Of a stretch of DNA of 40,403 nt, positions 27,460 to 37,445 are shown piece by piece. Position numbers and translations under genes: made by a program. This DNA is from Leptolyngbyaceae cyanobacterium. Its GTDB lineage: Bacteria; Cyanobacteriota; Cyanobacteriia; Phormidesmidales; Phormidesmidaceae. The first letter of the stretch is position 1; each line of letters starts with the position of its first letter. A model generated the notes under the pieces. The model saw only the letters and a program-made list of their open reading frames with translations, ran no database searches and had not been told where the DNA came from. The DNA lies in NCBI GenBank assembly GCA_050331235.1, contig JBHJHA010000072.1, positions 1 to 40,403 of the forward strand, read 5' to 3'.

Positions 27460-29340
27460 TTACTCATCGTCGGATAACGATAGGCATCCATTATCATTCT
27501 GGCTTGTAATGGCCTCGGGTCGCGCCAGCTCGGTCGGAATTTCTAGGTGAAACTCGGCTCCGACATCATCCATTGCTGGGGAAACAAAGCTGATGTTGCC
27601 TTGGTGCTTTTCTTGAACAATTTCATAGCTGAGAGACATGCCCAGTCCAATTCCCTGTCCTTGCTTTTTGGTTGTAAAGAAGGGATCGAAAATTTTGGCC
27701 TGTATGCTCTCGGGAATGGGCGTGCCATTGTTGGCAATGCGAACTTGAACTTTGCCATTCTCCACGGCAGTGCTGACTCTCAGGATAGGATCCCAGGCAT
27801 GCGAGTCGGTTTCCCAGCGATTGTCAATGGCATCTAGGGCGTTGTTCATAATGTTGATAAATACCTGATTGAGCTGGCTACTGTAGCACTCGATTTCGGG
27901 TAAGGTGCTGTAGTTGCGCATGACGGTGACCGATGGACGCTTCGCCTGAGATTTGAGCCGATGCCCCAACAGCAGCAGGGTGCTCTCAAGACCATCATTT
28001 AGGTTGGCGCGTTTGAGCTGAGACTCCTGTAACCGCGAGAATACTTTCAGCGATAGAACAAGATTGTTGATGCGCTCAGTCCCGCTCTTAATCGAGGCCA
28101 GCACCTTGGGAAAGTCCTGTCGAATAAACCCGATGTCCCGCTCTTCCAAAAATTGCACAAGGGTTTCAGGCACTTCTGATAATTCGACTTGCAAACGGTC
28201 TATGGTCTCAAACAGGGTCTGACTGTAGTCTCGCGCGTACTCGACATTCCCTTGCATAAACCCAATCGGGTTGTTGATCTCATGGGCAATACCTGCAACG
28301 AGTTGCCCCAGCGATGACATTTTCTCCGCCTGAATCAGCTGCAACTGGGCCTTGCGCAGCACCCTGAGAGTGTTTTCAAGTTCCTGGTTTTGGGTTATGG
28401 CGGTTTGGGCGGCCGCCTCGAGGGACTGGGTGCGCTCAGTCACTTGTTCGATCAGTTCGTTGAGCGATCGCGCTAATACCCCCACCTCATCATCACTGTA
28501 AATTACCGTTCGGGCGCTATAGTCGGCATCTAAGGCGACGCGCTGGGCCACCTGCGTAATCTCTTCCATAGGTCGAGAGATCGCGCGGGTGGTGCGCCAT
28601 GCCAACAGGCCGGCCAGCAATCCGGCCAGAGTAATGCTCGAGATCACGAGAAACTTTTCGAACCCCTGGGCAGTTTCCATCACATCGGCAGCCATAGCTT
28701 CCTGGGCCTGGGCCACGCGAATGATTTCTGTTAGCTCTGCTGTCAACTGATCAAGCGTTTCCCCTGACTGGCTGTTGATCCATGGGGAAAAGTCGGCTTG
28801 ATCGCCGCGCTCAAGTTCTACTAACAGGTCACTGCGCTGCTGGTACAGCGCTTCAATGCAAGCTTCTAATAAGGTGATGAGTGCTTCAGCTTCCTGGGCG
28901 ATCCACGCTGGCTGTCCGGCCAAAAATAGTTCTAGCTGTTGAAGAAGGCTCGATAGCGCTGCCAAATTTTGGGTGAGTGCGGCTCGTTCCTGCTGCTCCA
29001 TTGTGGTGTTGGCTTCAGCAATCACCGCTCGAGTCGCGTTGAGTTGTGCCTGGGCCAGGGTTTCCTCAAACTCAATCAGCAAACGGGCTTGAGCTTGAGC
29101 ATCTAGCAACTGGACAATACCCTGGCCCTGAAAATAGTCAGCAACCATAATCCCTAAAATCGAGCCCGTCCACCCCACTGCAATGGCAATCAGATACCCA
29201 AAGCCAATCTGTCGGCCAATGCGTTTGGGAACGAATCTTTTGAAAGCAGACGGCATTGCTATTCCCGATGATTTCGCTTCAACTGATGCATCTGCATCTG
29301 CTCCAGGCAGCAAGGGGGCAGGAATCATAGACTGGGGCAT
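27460..29340 (-). CDS. Membrane sensor histidine kinase (2 TM, HAMP, HisKA, HATPase)
   Basis: HAMP DEVGVLARSLNEL, H-box EKMSSLGQLVAGIAHEINNP, N-box LNQVFINIMNNALDA, FDPFFTTK, GIGLGMS. Confidence 0.93.
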   Translation of the reverse strand: MPQSMIPAPLLPGADADASVEAKSSGIAMPSAFKRFVPKRIGRQIGFGYLIAIAVGWTGSILGIMVADYFQGQGIVQLLDAQAQARLLIEFEETLAQAQLNATRAVIAEANTTMEQQERAALTQNLAALSSLLQQLELFLAGQPAWIAQEAEALITLLEACIEALYQQRSDLLVELERGDQADFSPWINSQSGETLDQLTAELTEIIRVAQAQEAMAADVMETAQGFEKFLVISSITLAGLLAGLLAWRTTRAISRPMEEITQVAQRVALDADYSARTVIYSDDEVGVLARSLNELIEQVTERTQSLEAAAQTAITQNQELENTLRVLRKAQLQLIQAEKMSSLGQLVAGIAHEINNPIGFMQGNVEYARDYSQTLFETIDRLQVELSEVPETLVQFLEERDIGFIRQDFPKVLASIKSGTERINNLVLSLKVFSRLQESQLKRANLNDGLESTLLLLGHRLKSQAKRPSVTVMRNYSTLPEIECYSSQLNQVFINIMNNALDAIDNRWETDSHAWDPILRVSTAVENGKVQVRIANNGTPIPESIQAKIFDPFFTTKKQGQGIGLGMSLSYEIVQEKHQGNISFVSPAMDDVGAEFHLEIPTELARPEAITSQNDNGCLSLSDDE

Positions 29341-29793
29341 CCATTAACTAAAAATAAAGTTATAAAAAGTACCCACAGGAAGCTTATGTGTGTGCCCTTG
29401 GCTTTATAGCTTTGGCAGTGAGTCATTAGCCCCAGCACCAACACGATTAGCTTTTACAAGCTGGGAATGGTGCCATCAGACTAATCGCAGAGATAGATGA
29501 CTTGGGACTTAGTATTCCCCGTAGCTTCCAGACAGGCGCTTTTTTGCCCAGGGTATTTTATCGGAGATTTTTACAGTCCTGGTGAGTCGGGAGTCGCGAT
29601 CGCAGGACGGTGTCAGCCTTTCTGATTTCAGGGTGGGGCGGGGCGCGAGTGACCGACCAAATGTTACGAGCTATCTGATAATGAGTCGTTTATGTAACAA
29701 GCTATGTCAAGATAGTGAAGTTGTGTAAGTGCTATCAGCTTTGGGCACTGCAACGGTTGACAGTCAAAGACTTTTGAGGAGACCTAGTTAGGA

Positions 29794-30033
29794 ATGCAGG
29801 TTGGCGATCGCGTAAGAATCAAAGAGTCCACCATCTTTTATCACCATCCGCTGCATCGCAACGAGGCCTTTGATGCAGTGGGGATGGAAGGCGAAGTGAC
29901 GAACGTGCTTGAAGATTGGAAAGGTCGCCGCATCAGTCCTAACTTTCCAGTGGTTGTCAAGTTCACCGTTGAGGGGGCCAAGCGCCCTTTTCAGGCGCAC
30001 CTCAGAAGCGATGAGCTCGAAGCGATCGCTTAG
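29794..30033 (+). CDS. ftrV: Ferredoxin-thioredoxin reductase variable chain
   Basis: MQVGDRVRIKES..FYHHP.HRNEAFD..GMEGEV...WKGRRISPNFP...FQAHLRSDELE. Confidence 0.93.
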   Translation: MQVGDRVRIKESTIFYHHPLHRNEAFDAVGMEGEVTNVLEDWKGRRISPNFPVVVKFTVEGAKRPFQAHLRSDELEAIA

Positions 30034-30171
30034 TCATCGCCATTTTGCCGCCCTTGCTATGCCAACTTTCAGATAGTACTCAGGTCGTCTTTACGCACTG
30101 CTCAAGGCTGATGAAGTCTACACTCAGGCAGTTTGTTCACGATAGAAACCAAGTTGAATTGAGGTTTCTTG

Positions 30172-30348
30172 ATGATGAAACGCTTAGTGTTAGCCATGTT
30201 AGCCACTGTGATGTCCTTAGGTGCCTTGACCGTAGGAGCCCAGGCGGGCCAAGTCGGTCCGGGTAATGCCGCAGCCGATCTCAACGGAGACGGCGAGGTG
30301 ACGCTGTCTGAAGTTAAGCGCTATAACCGAGGTCAGCGTCGAGCATAA
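30172..30348 (+). CDS. 58-aa secreted single EF-hand microprotein
   Basis: GAGGT RBS at 30161; MMKRLVLAMLATVMSLGALTVGAQA signal peptide; DLNGDGEVTLSE loop; TAA 30346-30348. Below the ORF-track cutoff. Confidence 0.8.
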   Translation: MMKRLVLAMLATVMSLGALTVGAQAGQVGPGNAAADLNGDGEVTLSEVKRYNRGQRRA

Positions 30349-30395
30349 ACGGTCGCAGCAGTCTGTTCCGGCTCCGGGCAGAGCTAGAATCGTCT

Positions 30396-30427
30396 TAGTT
30401 TTCCCCGGCGATCGCCGGGGAAAACTA
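30396..30427. repeat. 32-bp perfect palindrome centred on a HIP1 site
   Basis: TAGTTTTCCCCGGCGA|TCGCCGGGGAAAACTA. Confidence 0.85.
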
Positions 30428-30587
30428 CTTTCTGCGAATCACGACTACACATAGATTCTTCAAAGCCCCTGTTTCAAGGAGGCAGCAACAGCGGGGGAGC
30501 TTCAAATCTGTAGCGCTATTACAGAGAATGGGTATTACTGGACTGGACCATAGCCCAGGGCAATGCCCTCCAGTAACGATAGCGACG

Positions 30588-31520
30588 ATGAAACTTATTT
30601 TGAGCCTTAAGGGCTTTGATGCTAGCTGTAGGGGCAAGCCTAGTCCCCTCTTTCCTGACGGGACTTTGTATTCGCTGCCAATCCCTGAGCAGCAACGCGG
30701 TCAGCAACCGACCCGCTACAGCGATATTGCCTGGGGCGCGCAGCCCCTGGGCAAGTTAGTGGAAGACCTGACCAATCAGGCCGTGCATGGCAACGATCGG
30801 GCACATCTGGACCCTGATCTGAGGGCAGATAGCCGCCCCCGGCCGCCCCACTGGCGTCCAGCCTTTGGGCAAGCAGGCGCGGCTGAAGGACATCTACGCA
30901 ACCAGGGAGTGACGACAGGCGACATTTTTCTGTTTTACGGATGGTTTCGCGCCGTTGAGCAGAGGGGCGATCGCTTTCAATATGTCAGAGGCGCACCCGA
31001 TTTGCATTTGCTGTTTGGCTGGCTGCAGGTCGATACTCATCTTCAGGTCGAGGCCTCGACCCCGTTGCCAGCGTGGCTGAGGGAACATCCCCATAACTGC
31101 AATCGCACCTTATATCCCCAAAACACCCTGTATATATCCCGTCGCCAACTCGATCTCGATCCGCGTTTGGCTCACCTTCCGGGGGCAGGCGTCTTTCCTC
31201 GGCGGGTCCCCATGCTGCAGCTGACTGCCCCCACTGCCAACAGTCGCAGCCAGTGGGAACTGCCCCGATGGTTTTATCCGGCTGATCGCGCCTCGACGCT
31301 AACCTATCATCGTCAACCCAGTAGATGGCAGCTCGGAGATCGCTCTGTGTGGTTAAAAAACGTCGGTCAAGGTCAAGAATTTGTACTCAACTGCGATCAC
31401 TATCCCGAAGCCGTCAACTGGCTGATCGAGCTGTTTGAGCAAGCCGCGCCCAGTCCACCCGGTTTAGGCAGAGGCAGTACAGTTTTGGGGGCGCAGAAAC
31501 CACCTGAGAGCAATCAATGA
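30588..31520 (+). CDS. Nmad3-like (nucleotide modification associated domain 3) protein
   Basis: MKLILSLKGFD...PSPLFPDGTLYSLPIP, AHLDPDL, AFGQAGAAEGHL.NQGV..GDIFLFYGWF, GQGQEFV. Start at ATG 30588. Family recognised from memory. Confidence 0.72.
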   Translation: MKLILSLKGFDASCRGKPSPLFPDGTLYSLPIPEQQRGQQPTRYSDIAWGAQPLGKLVEDLTNQAVHGNDRAHLDPDLRADSRPRPPHWRPAFGQAGAAEGHLRNQGVTTGDIFLFYGWFRAVEQRGDRFQYVRGAPDLHLLFGWLQVDTHLQVEASTPLPAWLREHPHNCNRTLYPQNTLYISRRQLDLDPRLAHLPGAGVFPRRVPMLQLTAPTANSRSQWELPRWFYPADRASTLTYHRQPSRWQLGDRSVWLKNVGQGQEFVLNCDHYPEAVNWLIELFEQAAPSPPGLGRGSTVLGAQKPPESNQ

Positions 31521-31651
31521 GTCTTTCACATTACAAAGGATATCCACTGCAGAGGGCGATGGCGTATCGGTCATGGGGCGATCGTTTTTCAGTAATCAGC
31601 CGCTAATGTGTTGATGAACACAGATAGTGACTGTTGCTCTGCAGGTAAACC

Positions 31652-32626
31652 ATGCCCCAACGGATGAGATATCGCTGGTTTGTTGACCGCCCTCGTAACG
31701 TCTCGCGCCAGGACTATGATCGTTACCAACTGGTCTCCTTTGCCGCAGTTGGTTCTGGTTTGTTTACGCTGATGCTGTTATTTGGGGCCGTTAGCGGCGT
31801 TACACAGCGGAACGCTCAAAAGCTGGCGGAAATTGACACTATGACGGTGCAAGAAGCCCTGGCCTATGAAGGTGAGCCACTAGACTTGATCAAACTAGAG
31901 GGCTTCTTAGTAGCAGAGCCCCCCCTCACGATGCCGGATGACGAGGCTCGACAAGTCGTTCGGGGGCAGTTGCAAATCATTGCTCGGAATCCGGGCAGCA
32001 GTGGGGAAGAGACCGATGCCTCAGCGCCCTCTGAGAATGGCGACAATTCCGATAGCGCGATCAGCCCGCAAGAGTCCTCTACATCAACGCCAACCACCAC
32101 CGCAATACCGCCCTCGATTACCCTATGGGAGTGGGAAGAGCGCGCGGAAACTGTCTTTTTATCCGACGGCGATCGCCAGATTCCCCTCGCGTTTGACCTG
32201 GCAGTATTGCCAGTTGATGCTGAAGCCGGAGACATTGACCCGGAGTATGTGCGAGAGGGTGACTCCGCTCGCACCAGCCGCGCCGTTGCCATCCAATATG
32301 GTGATGAGGTTTTACCCTTACCCCCCGAGTATTTGGAGCAGCGGAGCACGGTACCGATCGACGTAGAACGAGCGCTGCTCCCCCAAGGGGCCAGCGCCAT
32401 CATCGTAGCGGGGCTAGACACCGCCGCCGCTGGCAATCAGCTGGTTGATCCGCTAGGCGATCGCCTAATGATCAACCTAGGCACAGAAGCGGAGCTGCAA
32501 GAGCAAGGGCAGTTTTTGCAGCGGCTCTATTTCATCTTGATGATACCGGCCGGGGTAGTTTGTGTCGTATTGGGCCGCATCGCCTGGAGTACCCGCCAAG
32601 AGTTTGTGCGAATTTCCAACGAGTAG
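31652..32626 (+). CDS. Hypothetical membrane protein (N- and C-terminal TM, soluble middle domain)
   Basis: 324-aa ORF with two hydrophobic helices and an S/T-rich linker. Confidence 0.75.
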   Translation: MPQRMRYRWFVDRPRNVSRQDYDRYQLVSFAAVGSGLFTLMLLFGAVSGVTQRNAQKLAEIDTMTVQEALAYEGEPLDLIKLEGFLVAEPPLTMPDDEARQVVRGQLQIIARNPGSSGEETDASAPSENGDNSDSAISPQESSTSTPTTTAIPPSITLWEWEERAETVFLSDGDRQIPLAFDLAVLPVDAEAGDIDPEYVREGDSARTSRAVAIQYGDEVLPLPPEYLEQRSTVPIDVERALLPQGASAIIVAGLDTAAAGNQLVDPLGDRLMINLGTEAELQEQGQFLQRLYFILMIPAGVVCVVLGRIAWSTRQEFVRISNE

Positions 32627-32646
32627 CCTGAGGTTGGAGCCACCAT

Positions 32647-35382
32647 CTAGCGGGCCTGTGCGATGCCAACCTCAGGGTCAGGATCCCATGATTGAAAAAC
32701 GGTATAGCGATCGCGACCTTGGGCCTTTGCGTTGTAAAGCGCTTTGTCGGCCATCGATAGCAGGACCTCACAGGATATGGGCTGGCCATCAGCCGCATCG
32801 GCGGAGATAAAGGCCATCCAAGTGGCAATACCGATACTCACTGTAACGTGAGCGCTGATGCGCGACTGGGCATGGGGGATGCCCAATGCAGCGATCGCGG
32901 CCTGTAATCGCTGCGCCACATTCACCGCCCCCTCAATATCGGTATTGGGCAACAGTAGGACAAATTCTTCGCCCCCATATCGCGCCACCAAATCCTCAGA
33001 CCGACTGATTGACTGATGGGCCGTTTGAGCCAACTGCTGTAAACAGCGATCACCCTGCTGATGACCATAACAATCGTTGTACTGCTTAAAAAAGTCGACA
33101 TCCAATAGCAGGAGTGACAGCGGCGTTTGTTGTCGTCGAGCGGCATACCATTCTCGATAGAGCTGTTGATCAAAATGACGGCGGTTGGCAATTTGCGTCA
33201 GGCCATCTACTTGCGACTGAGCCTCAAGCTGTTGATTGATATCTCGCAGCGACTCTTCTAAAATTTCCCGCCGATTGACTTCGCTCTGCAACAGATCGAC
33301 CGCCTGCTGCAAGGCTAGGGTTCGACGAGCAACTTTTGCCTCCAGCTGATCATTGAGCGCTTTGAGCTGGTCAAAAAGTTGATTGCGCTCTACTTCAATT
33401 TGCTTCCGTTCGGTGATGTCAGTAATGGTGCCGACATACCCCGTAATGTCCCCCTTTTCATCTCGTTCTGGCAAGGCTTGACCATAGACCCAAACCGTCT
33501 GACCACTAGGGTTTTGCCAGCGAAACTCAAGACTAAAGGGCTGTTGCTGCTGAGCACAGCGATACCATTCGTTAATCACCTTGGTGCGATCAGCAGGATG
33601 TAATGATTGCTCCCAGCCGCTGCCCATAGCGATCGCTGTTGATAGGCCGGTAATTTCGCGCCATCGCTCATTGACATAGCAACAGTGCCCCTCTGTATCC
33701 GTTTGAAAAATGCCAACGGGGACCGCCGCCGCCAGGCTGACATAGCGCTGATGACTGGCCTGCACTTGCTGATAGCCCGTCGCCTGTTGGATAGCAATTC
33801 CTAACTGTACGGCTAACGCCTTTAATAGCTCAATTTCATCTGCCAGCCAGTTACGAGCGCAGTGACTTTCACAGACACCCAATCCCCCCCAGGGCCGACC
33901 GTGGCTAATCAGTGGCACTAGAACGATGGCCTGAGCCTGCAACCGCCTCAAAAAAGCCCGATAGTCATCGGTTATCTCGCCTTGGTTGACATCGGCTACC
34001 ACTTGCAGCCGGCCAGTGCGAGAGGGCGCTATCAGGTATGTCTCGACCCACTGGTCAGCCATTGCTTGACCCAGCAGCGACACAGATGTCCGGGTCGATT
34101 CAGCCACCATCATACTTTGGGAATTAGGTGTGAACTGCCAAATATAAGCCCGTTCGCAATCGATCACCCGCCTCACCTGATCGACCGCGATGTTTAATAC
34201 CGAGGTCACATCAAACGAAGAATGAATTTGCAGGGCAATTTCCTTGAGCAGTTTTTCTCGTTTGACCTTAGCTTTGAGATCAGCTGTGTAGTTATGAACT
34301 TTGTGCTCAAGCTCGGACGCTCGCGCCTGCAGTAACGACATTTTTTCGGTCTCTAAGCGCTCAACCTTAGCCTCTAAAATTTCTGTGAGCTTATAGAGCT
34401 CCAGAGGGTTGAGCGCCTGTAATAAGCTCGACTGCGTCACGATTCCCAAGAGTTCACCTTGATCTCCAACAACAATCACCCGGTGGATGAAATGCTGCTC
34501 CATAAGCTGATGCACTGTCCATAGCGATGCTTTAGGTCGCACAGAAAAGATAGGAGTACTCATCACCTGACTTGCGGTGTAGTCACCCAATGACAACTCC
34601 ATCGCTTGCACCTGCAGGAGGTCATGCTCGGTGACGATGCCAATCGGTCGCTGGGGTACTTGATTAGGATCAGTAGCGTCGGCAGTAGTTGACGCTGGGT
34701 TGAGAGAGCGATCGCGGGATTTACCGCTAGGCAGCCCAGCGATCGTAGAGGCTTGACTCACTGGTGGTGCCGCAGTGGGCGTCTCTACAATGACGACCGA
34801 ACTCACCCGGCAGTTGACCAGCTGCTCAGCAATCTCTAACAGCGATGCCTTAGCCCCCGCACAGACAACATGGGTCGCCATCACCTCCTCAGCCAGTCGC
34901 AATCGCAAAAGATCCGCCGGATGCATGACCCGCCGCAAGCTCTTGTGGGTAATCAGCCCGATTAGTTTTTCCTCGTCGTCCAAAATGGGCAAATGCCGGA
35001 TTTTATACTGCTGCAGCAAATTAGCGGTCGTAAACACTTCCTGCAGGCTTGACTGCTTCAGGGTAATCACAGGACTTACCATGACCTGCTGCACCGTTAA
35101 TTCATGTAACGGCTGCGATCGGACACCAAGACGGACAATATCTCGCTCCGTTAAGATTCCAACGACCCGGTCATCGACATCAACGACTAATACGCAACTC
35201 GCCTTTTCTGAGGCGCTCGTATCTGAGCGGTTGCCGGTAGACAGATGATCAAGCGGACACACAGCACGGGCCTGGCTCATCCTGCTGATCGCCACTAATA
35301 AAGGTGCATCCCGTGCTACGACTAGCGGCTCATAAAGAATGGCAGCAGTCACATCATTCAACGAAAAGGCGCGGGAGCTCAT
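32647..35382 (-). CDS. Diguanylate cyclase with CBS pairs, GAF and PAS domains
   Basis: CBS (VGILTERD, GIVTEHD), GAF (WLADEIELL), PAS (HPADR...DITERK), DGLTQIANRR, DVDFFKQYNDCYGH, RYGGEEF, I-site RSED. Start 35382 or 35397. Confidence 0.93.
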   Translation of the reverse strand: MSSRAFSLNDVTAAILYEPLVVARDAPLLVAISRMSQARAVCPLDHLSTGNRSDTSASEKASCVLVVDVDDRVVGILTERDIVRLGVRSQPLHELTVQQVMVSPVITLKQSSLQEVFTTANLLQQYKIRHLPILDDEEKLIGLITHKSLRRVMHPADLLRLRLAEEVMATHVVCAGAKASLLEIAEQLVNCRVSSVVIVETPTAAPPVSQASTIAGLPSGKSRDRSLNPASTTADATDPNQVPQRPIGIVTEHDLLQVQAMELSLGDYTASQVMSTPIFSVRPKASLWTVHQLMEQHFIHRVIVVGDQGELLGIVTQSSLLQALNPLELYKLTEILEAKVERLETEKMSLLQARASELEHKVHNYTADLKAKVKREKLLKEIALQIHSSFDVTSVLNIAVDQVRRVIDCERAYIWQFTPNSQSMMVAESTRTSVSLLGQAMADQWVETYLIAPSRTGRLQVVADVNQGEITDDYRAFLRRLQAQAIVLVPLISHGRPWGGLGVCESHCARNWLADEIELLKALAVQLGIAIQQATGYQQVQASHQRYVSLAAAVPVGIFQTDTEGHCCYVNERWREITGLSTAIAMGSGWEQSLHPADRTKVINEWYRCAQQQQPFSLEFRWQNPSGQTVWVYGQALPERDEKGDITGYVGTITDITERKQIEVERNQLFDQLKALNDQLEAKVARRTLALQQAVDLLQSEVNRREILEESLRDINQQLEAQSQVDGLTQIANRRHFDQQLYREWYAARRQQTPLSLLLLDVDFFKQYNDCYGHQQGDRCLQQLAQTAHQSISRSEDLVARYGGEEFVLLLPNTDIEGAVNVAQRLQAAIAALGIPHAQSRISAHVTVSIGIATWMAFISADAADGQPISCEVLLSMADKALYNAKAQGRDRYTVFQSWDPDPEVGIAQAR

Positions 35383-35857
35383 TGAAGTAATTGTCAAAAA
35401 ACTTGTTGTCTTCTCTCAAGACAAAGGGGTTAGAAAAAGAGTTGCCACTAAATCTCCACCGCTTTGGCAGCCCTATCACCATTGAGTAACCACCCCAGCG
35501 AGAGAGAGTTAGTTTGACTTTACCGACTAAAAATTCAAATGACAAGCCGCACTCAGTCTCTACCAGCGTTCTATAAACCGTCATTTTCATACTCATACAC
35601 CTGAGCAAATGACTTGTTAATTGTGCCCAGTAATCTCTCGGTCCCGTTGATTGCACTCATCAAAAAATATTTAATGGTAAAAAAAAGTCTTGTTTTAGTT
35701 GCTATGCGCCAACAACCCTGGACTGCGATCGCTGACTATGGACCTCTAAAATCCTAGAGCAATAGGCATGAAAAATGTCCAAACCTGATTGCGGCTCGCT
35801 ACGCAACGACAGCCGGCGATCGCCATCGGTTAGCCGCGAGGAGTCAGTGTTTGGGAC

Positions 35858-37141
35858 CTAGCGAGAGGGCAGCGTAACCATCCATCCCGCAGGCCAAATG
35901 CCCACCTCACAGGGTCGATCTCGTTCGCAATGAACGATTTGCTCTCGCCAGCTAGGACCAGTTAAAAACCAGTCGTTCCACGATGAATATTTCACGGTAT
36001 AAAACCCACTGAGCACCACCACTGTCAGCATTGCTGTGCTGACATAGCGAATGAGATGAACTCGGGCAGTAGATGCCAGGCCAAGACTCAGACAGAAACA
36101 AACCGCACCCAACAAAAAATAGCGTCCGCCGGCAGTGGCTACCATATCCCACGGCTGGTCAAGGGCGGCAAAGGCTTGAATAGTGGTTACAAAAATCCAG
36201 CAGCAAAAGAGATAGAGATATACGCCGCGATGCTGAATCTGTACCCCCCAGGTCGCCAACAGGCCCATCAGCAATCCTGAAACGGCTAATAGGCAAATGG
36301 GTCCAGTGGTGAGTAGCTGTCCGCCTGCCCGCAGGGCACTGCCCACAGCATAAAAAAAGTCTACCGTCAGCAATGGCCCGATCAGGGTGTGCAGAGACGC
36401 TGCGAGCCCCAACAGAGGCAAATTGAACGAAAAAGAGCGCGCCGAAGCGACTGGATGAGCAATCAAAATGGCCGTCTGGGCCACGGCACAAGCGCCCAAC
36501 AGCGTGGCCAGCCACACGGCACTTTTGGAACGCATGAGGATGCCTCTGACCAAGGCGATCGGCGTCAAAATAACTGAGGGAATTCCGGCAAATCCGCAGA
36601 GGACGATCCCGATGCTCAGCCACGCTAATTGCGATCGCAGCCACACAGCCGGCATCGCAAACACCAGCATGACGGAAATGCCCGCTAGCCACTGGACATT
36701 TGTCGCAGTCATCCAAACTTCATAGGTTTGTGGGAGTAACGCCAGCGCCGTGACTAACAAATACGTCTGTGGCGTTTTAATCCCATAGGTTTGACCTAGC
36801 AGCAAAACCTGATAAACCACCAACACGTGTAATGCAGCTGCCCCATAGGTAGTCACAAATGGGGCAAAATAGGCTGGCACAAGGCTAGCCCAATACCCCA
36901 AAAGATTCGAAAACAGCAAAAAATTGCCCAGGTGAACGTAGCGCAGACACTGCTGTGCTCCCTGCTGTAAGCAGTTTTGATAAAAAATCAGGCCTTCTTC
37001 AGCCCAAAATCTGGGATCCCAAAACAGCGTCGGCGATTTGATGACCGCAACCACACCAAACAACAGTAAGCCGCCCAGGTAATATCCCGCCTTGCCGCTG
37101 AGCAAGGCAGTAAAGTTGCTGCTAACCAAACGCTGCTCCAT
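35858..37141 (-). CDS. Polytopic membrane protein, probable GT-C-type glycosyltransferase
   Basis: PRFWAEEG after the first TM, TNVQW, GGRYF, about 11 TM, C-terminal IWPAGW. Confidence 0.6.
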   Translation of the reverse strand: MEQRLVSSNFTALLSGKAGYYLGGLLLFGVVAVIKSPTLFWDPRFWAEEGLIFYQNCLQQGAQQCLRYVHLGNFLLFSNLLGYWASLVPAYFAPFVTTYGAAALHVLVVYQVLLLGQTYGIKTPQTYLLVTALALLPQTYEVWMTATNVQWLAGISVMLVFAMPAVWLRSQLAWLSIGIVLCGFAGIPSVILTPIALVRGILMRSKSAVWLATLLGACAVAQTAILIAHPVASARSFSFNLPLLGLAASLHTLIGPLLTVDFFYAVGSALRAGGQLLTTGPICLLAVSGLLMGLLATWGVQIQHRGVYLYLFCCWIFVTTIQAFAALDQPWDMVATAGGRYFLLGAVCFCLSLGLASTARVHLIRYVSTAMLTVVVLSGFYTVKYSSWNDWFLTGPSWREQIVHCERDRPCEVGIWPAGWMVTLPSR

Positions 37142-37244
37142 GCTGCGGGAATTTCAAAAAACAGGAACTACCCCAGCGGTGATTATGCCACTAAACAGCG
37201 GATCACAACGGCGGCGATCGCGGCTGGCCCTATCCCCTAGAAGT

Positions 37245-37272
37245 AAAAAAGCATACCGAAATTCGGTATGCT
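37245..37272 (-). terminator. Intrinsic terminator downstream of msrA
   Basis: AGCATACCGAA-a-TTCGGTATGCT with an A6 run at 37245-37250 (U-tract on the minus strand). Confidence 0.78.
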
Positions 37273-37445
37273 CCTTGTTAAAGCAAAGTTGCAGGCTTTA
37301 TGCAGTTTTGAGCGGTGGAAGCCACCAGTCAGATCGGGCTCCCCGCCGGCTTCCCTTGATAGACAGGACAGAAAAGTCTTGGGCAGCGCTCAGCCCATTG
37401 CCGCCGCATCTAGCACATGAGTCCTAAATTGAGGTGCAGTCTACC

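Noticed and set aside
27151..27477. 108-aa ORF
   Set aside because: TTG start, no RBS, S/L/F-rich composition reflecting a pyrimidine tract, and it overlaps the kinase stop.
29660..29730. RpaB HLR1 or NtcA site upstream of ftrV
   Set aside because: The TATGTAAC/TATGTCAA repeats have a 12-bp period rather than the expected 10, and I saw no GTA-N8-TAC.
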